Assembly (NCBI GenBank): GCA_003427395.1
Contig: BFEA01000008.1
Span: 3,918,814 to 3,981,243, forward strand
DNA length: 62,430 nt
Direction of reading: 5' to 3'
Source of the DNA: Chara braunii
Taxonomy: Eukaryota > Plantae > Charophyceae
Shown: one piece after another, positions 61,241-62,430 of the stretch
How positions within the stretch are numbered: the first letter of the stretch is position 1
Layout: every line of letters starts with the position of its first letter
The notes under the pieces: model-generated
The model's input: only the letters and a program-made list of their open reading frames with translations
What the model was told of the DNA's origin: nothing
Database searches by the model: none
Position numbers and translations under genes: made by a program

Positions 61241-61833
61241 CAATTTGAAAGTTTTTCTTCTTTTTCGGAGTGAGTTCTCAGAGGAGTCCGAGCCGTTGGG
61301 CCCACAGGGCCCACCGCCCTGGCCCAGGCCCATTAGCTTCAGGTTTGCCCCATGATCAACGAGGCTCTATGCATAGGTAGGAACTTAGGAAGATCCACTT
61401 CTTGGAGACTGCAGTGCCGTCAGCATGCCTTACGAAACACAGAAGATGCAACCCCTTTTTCAACCTGCCAATGACCCCAACCACCAAAAAACAAGGTCTT
61501 TGTGTACATTGCACCTTTGAACCCCTCTCCAGGATTAGCCAAAACAGACACTGAGAGCTACCTTCCTCCCCCCCAATACAACGTATGGTCCTTATAGCTC
61601 TATGAAGACTGAAAGATACCCCAAATACAAATACAGCTATAATGACGGTACGTTGTATTGGCGGAAGAAGGTAGTCTTTTTATCTTCTTTTCTTATCATA
61701 AATAACGGGACAATGCTCCAATCTATTCGTGGGTATTCCCTTGAAGTGCATTTCCCAGCTAAGAAATCAAATATGCTGCTTGCATACAGCCACAACTTCA
61801 GGAAGTACCGGGGTGCTGTTTCGGTGGATATCT

Positions 61834-61878
61834 ATCCAGGCAAAATGGGTCTCCCATGTGACCCATTTTGCCTGGATG
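61834..61878. repeat. 18-bp-arm hairpin; loop and right arm recur at ~24968-25005
   Basis: atccaggcaaaatgggtc-tcccatgt-gacccattttgcctggat. Confidence 0.75.
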
Positions 61879-62430
61879 GATGTCCAGCGACGTGGTGCCC
61901 TTCCCAAGAGTTGCGGCCACGTGCACGCAGCGGCTCTGAAAAAATGGCCGGGAAACGTATTGGTTGTTTAAACTGCTAGTACATGCCATACATCAGCCGC
62001 AGGGCCCTTTGGGAGGCCAAAAAGCCACGCTGGCCGCCCATGTATTTTATCACCGGCCCGTAGGTGACGAACAATTTCTCCAGAAGGCTGGCGCCAGGTA
62101 CTAGTGGTTTAAGCACACACACATTTTTGACTCATTTCTTTTGCTTCCAAGTGGACTTTGTACAATTTTTCATTCTAGGGTGGCAGAGCAGTGTTGCGGA
62201 TGCCACACACTCCACTGTGATCCTAGCTGGCTGCTAGCAGGACCACTCTCCTGACTGGTGAGGTTTAGTCCTGAAGGTTCTGGAGTTGTAGATGGTGGTA
62301 GCCCAGTTTGTCAGGCGCCTGCGTTCTACAGGTTGAACTTCCTGTGTTACAAGACACGGGCAGCGGAATTGACTCCTGGTTGGCTCGGTTGAGTGCTTGG
62401 AAACCTCAGCCTGCACAACCTTAAAAAAAA

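Noticed and set aside
62234-62420. Possible terminal exon of a host gene (minus-strand T-run + AG at the window edge)
   Set aside because: Only a weak acceptor-like signal; the translation is not recognisable.

Overview
Repeat-saturated eukaryotic draft-assembly window (many N gaps, Nextera mate-pair adapter remnants) with no recognisable intact host protein gene. The plant-type U6 and the transposon mix suggest a green-lineage genome, probably a streptophyte alga such as Chara (inference). Main contents: (1) a near full-length minus-strand Penelope-like retroelement (PLE, 2402-9805) with pseudo-LTRs, a Gag-like zinc-knuckle ORF1 and a permuted GIY-YIG - CxC - RT ORF2. Each pseudo-LTR carries a minimal type I hammerhead ribozyme motif, and a second, divergent PLE fragment at ~24.1-25.1 kb carries another with the same unusual core. 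(2) An internally deleted chromovirus (gag + integrase SH3/chromodomain only) with four repeated stem-loops in its leader, head-to-head with other LTR remnants. (3) One near-intact U6 snRNA and rearranged U6 fragments. (4) A ~4.2 kb ~102-bp satellite with an internal inversion. (5) A ~20 kb PIF/Harbinger element (transposase, trihelix/Myb partner, third unknown ORF) with a ~10 kb hAT element nested in it. (6) Several MITE families, a truncated LINE and a poly(A)-only insertion. The strongest candidate for something new is the hammerhead-bearing, two-ORF, N-terminal-endonuclease PLE family.
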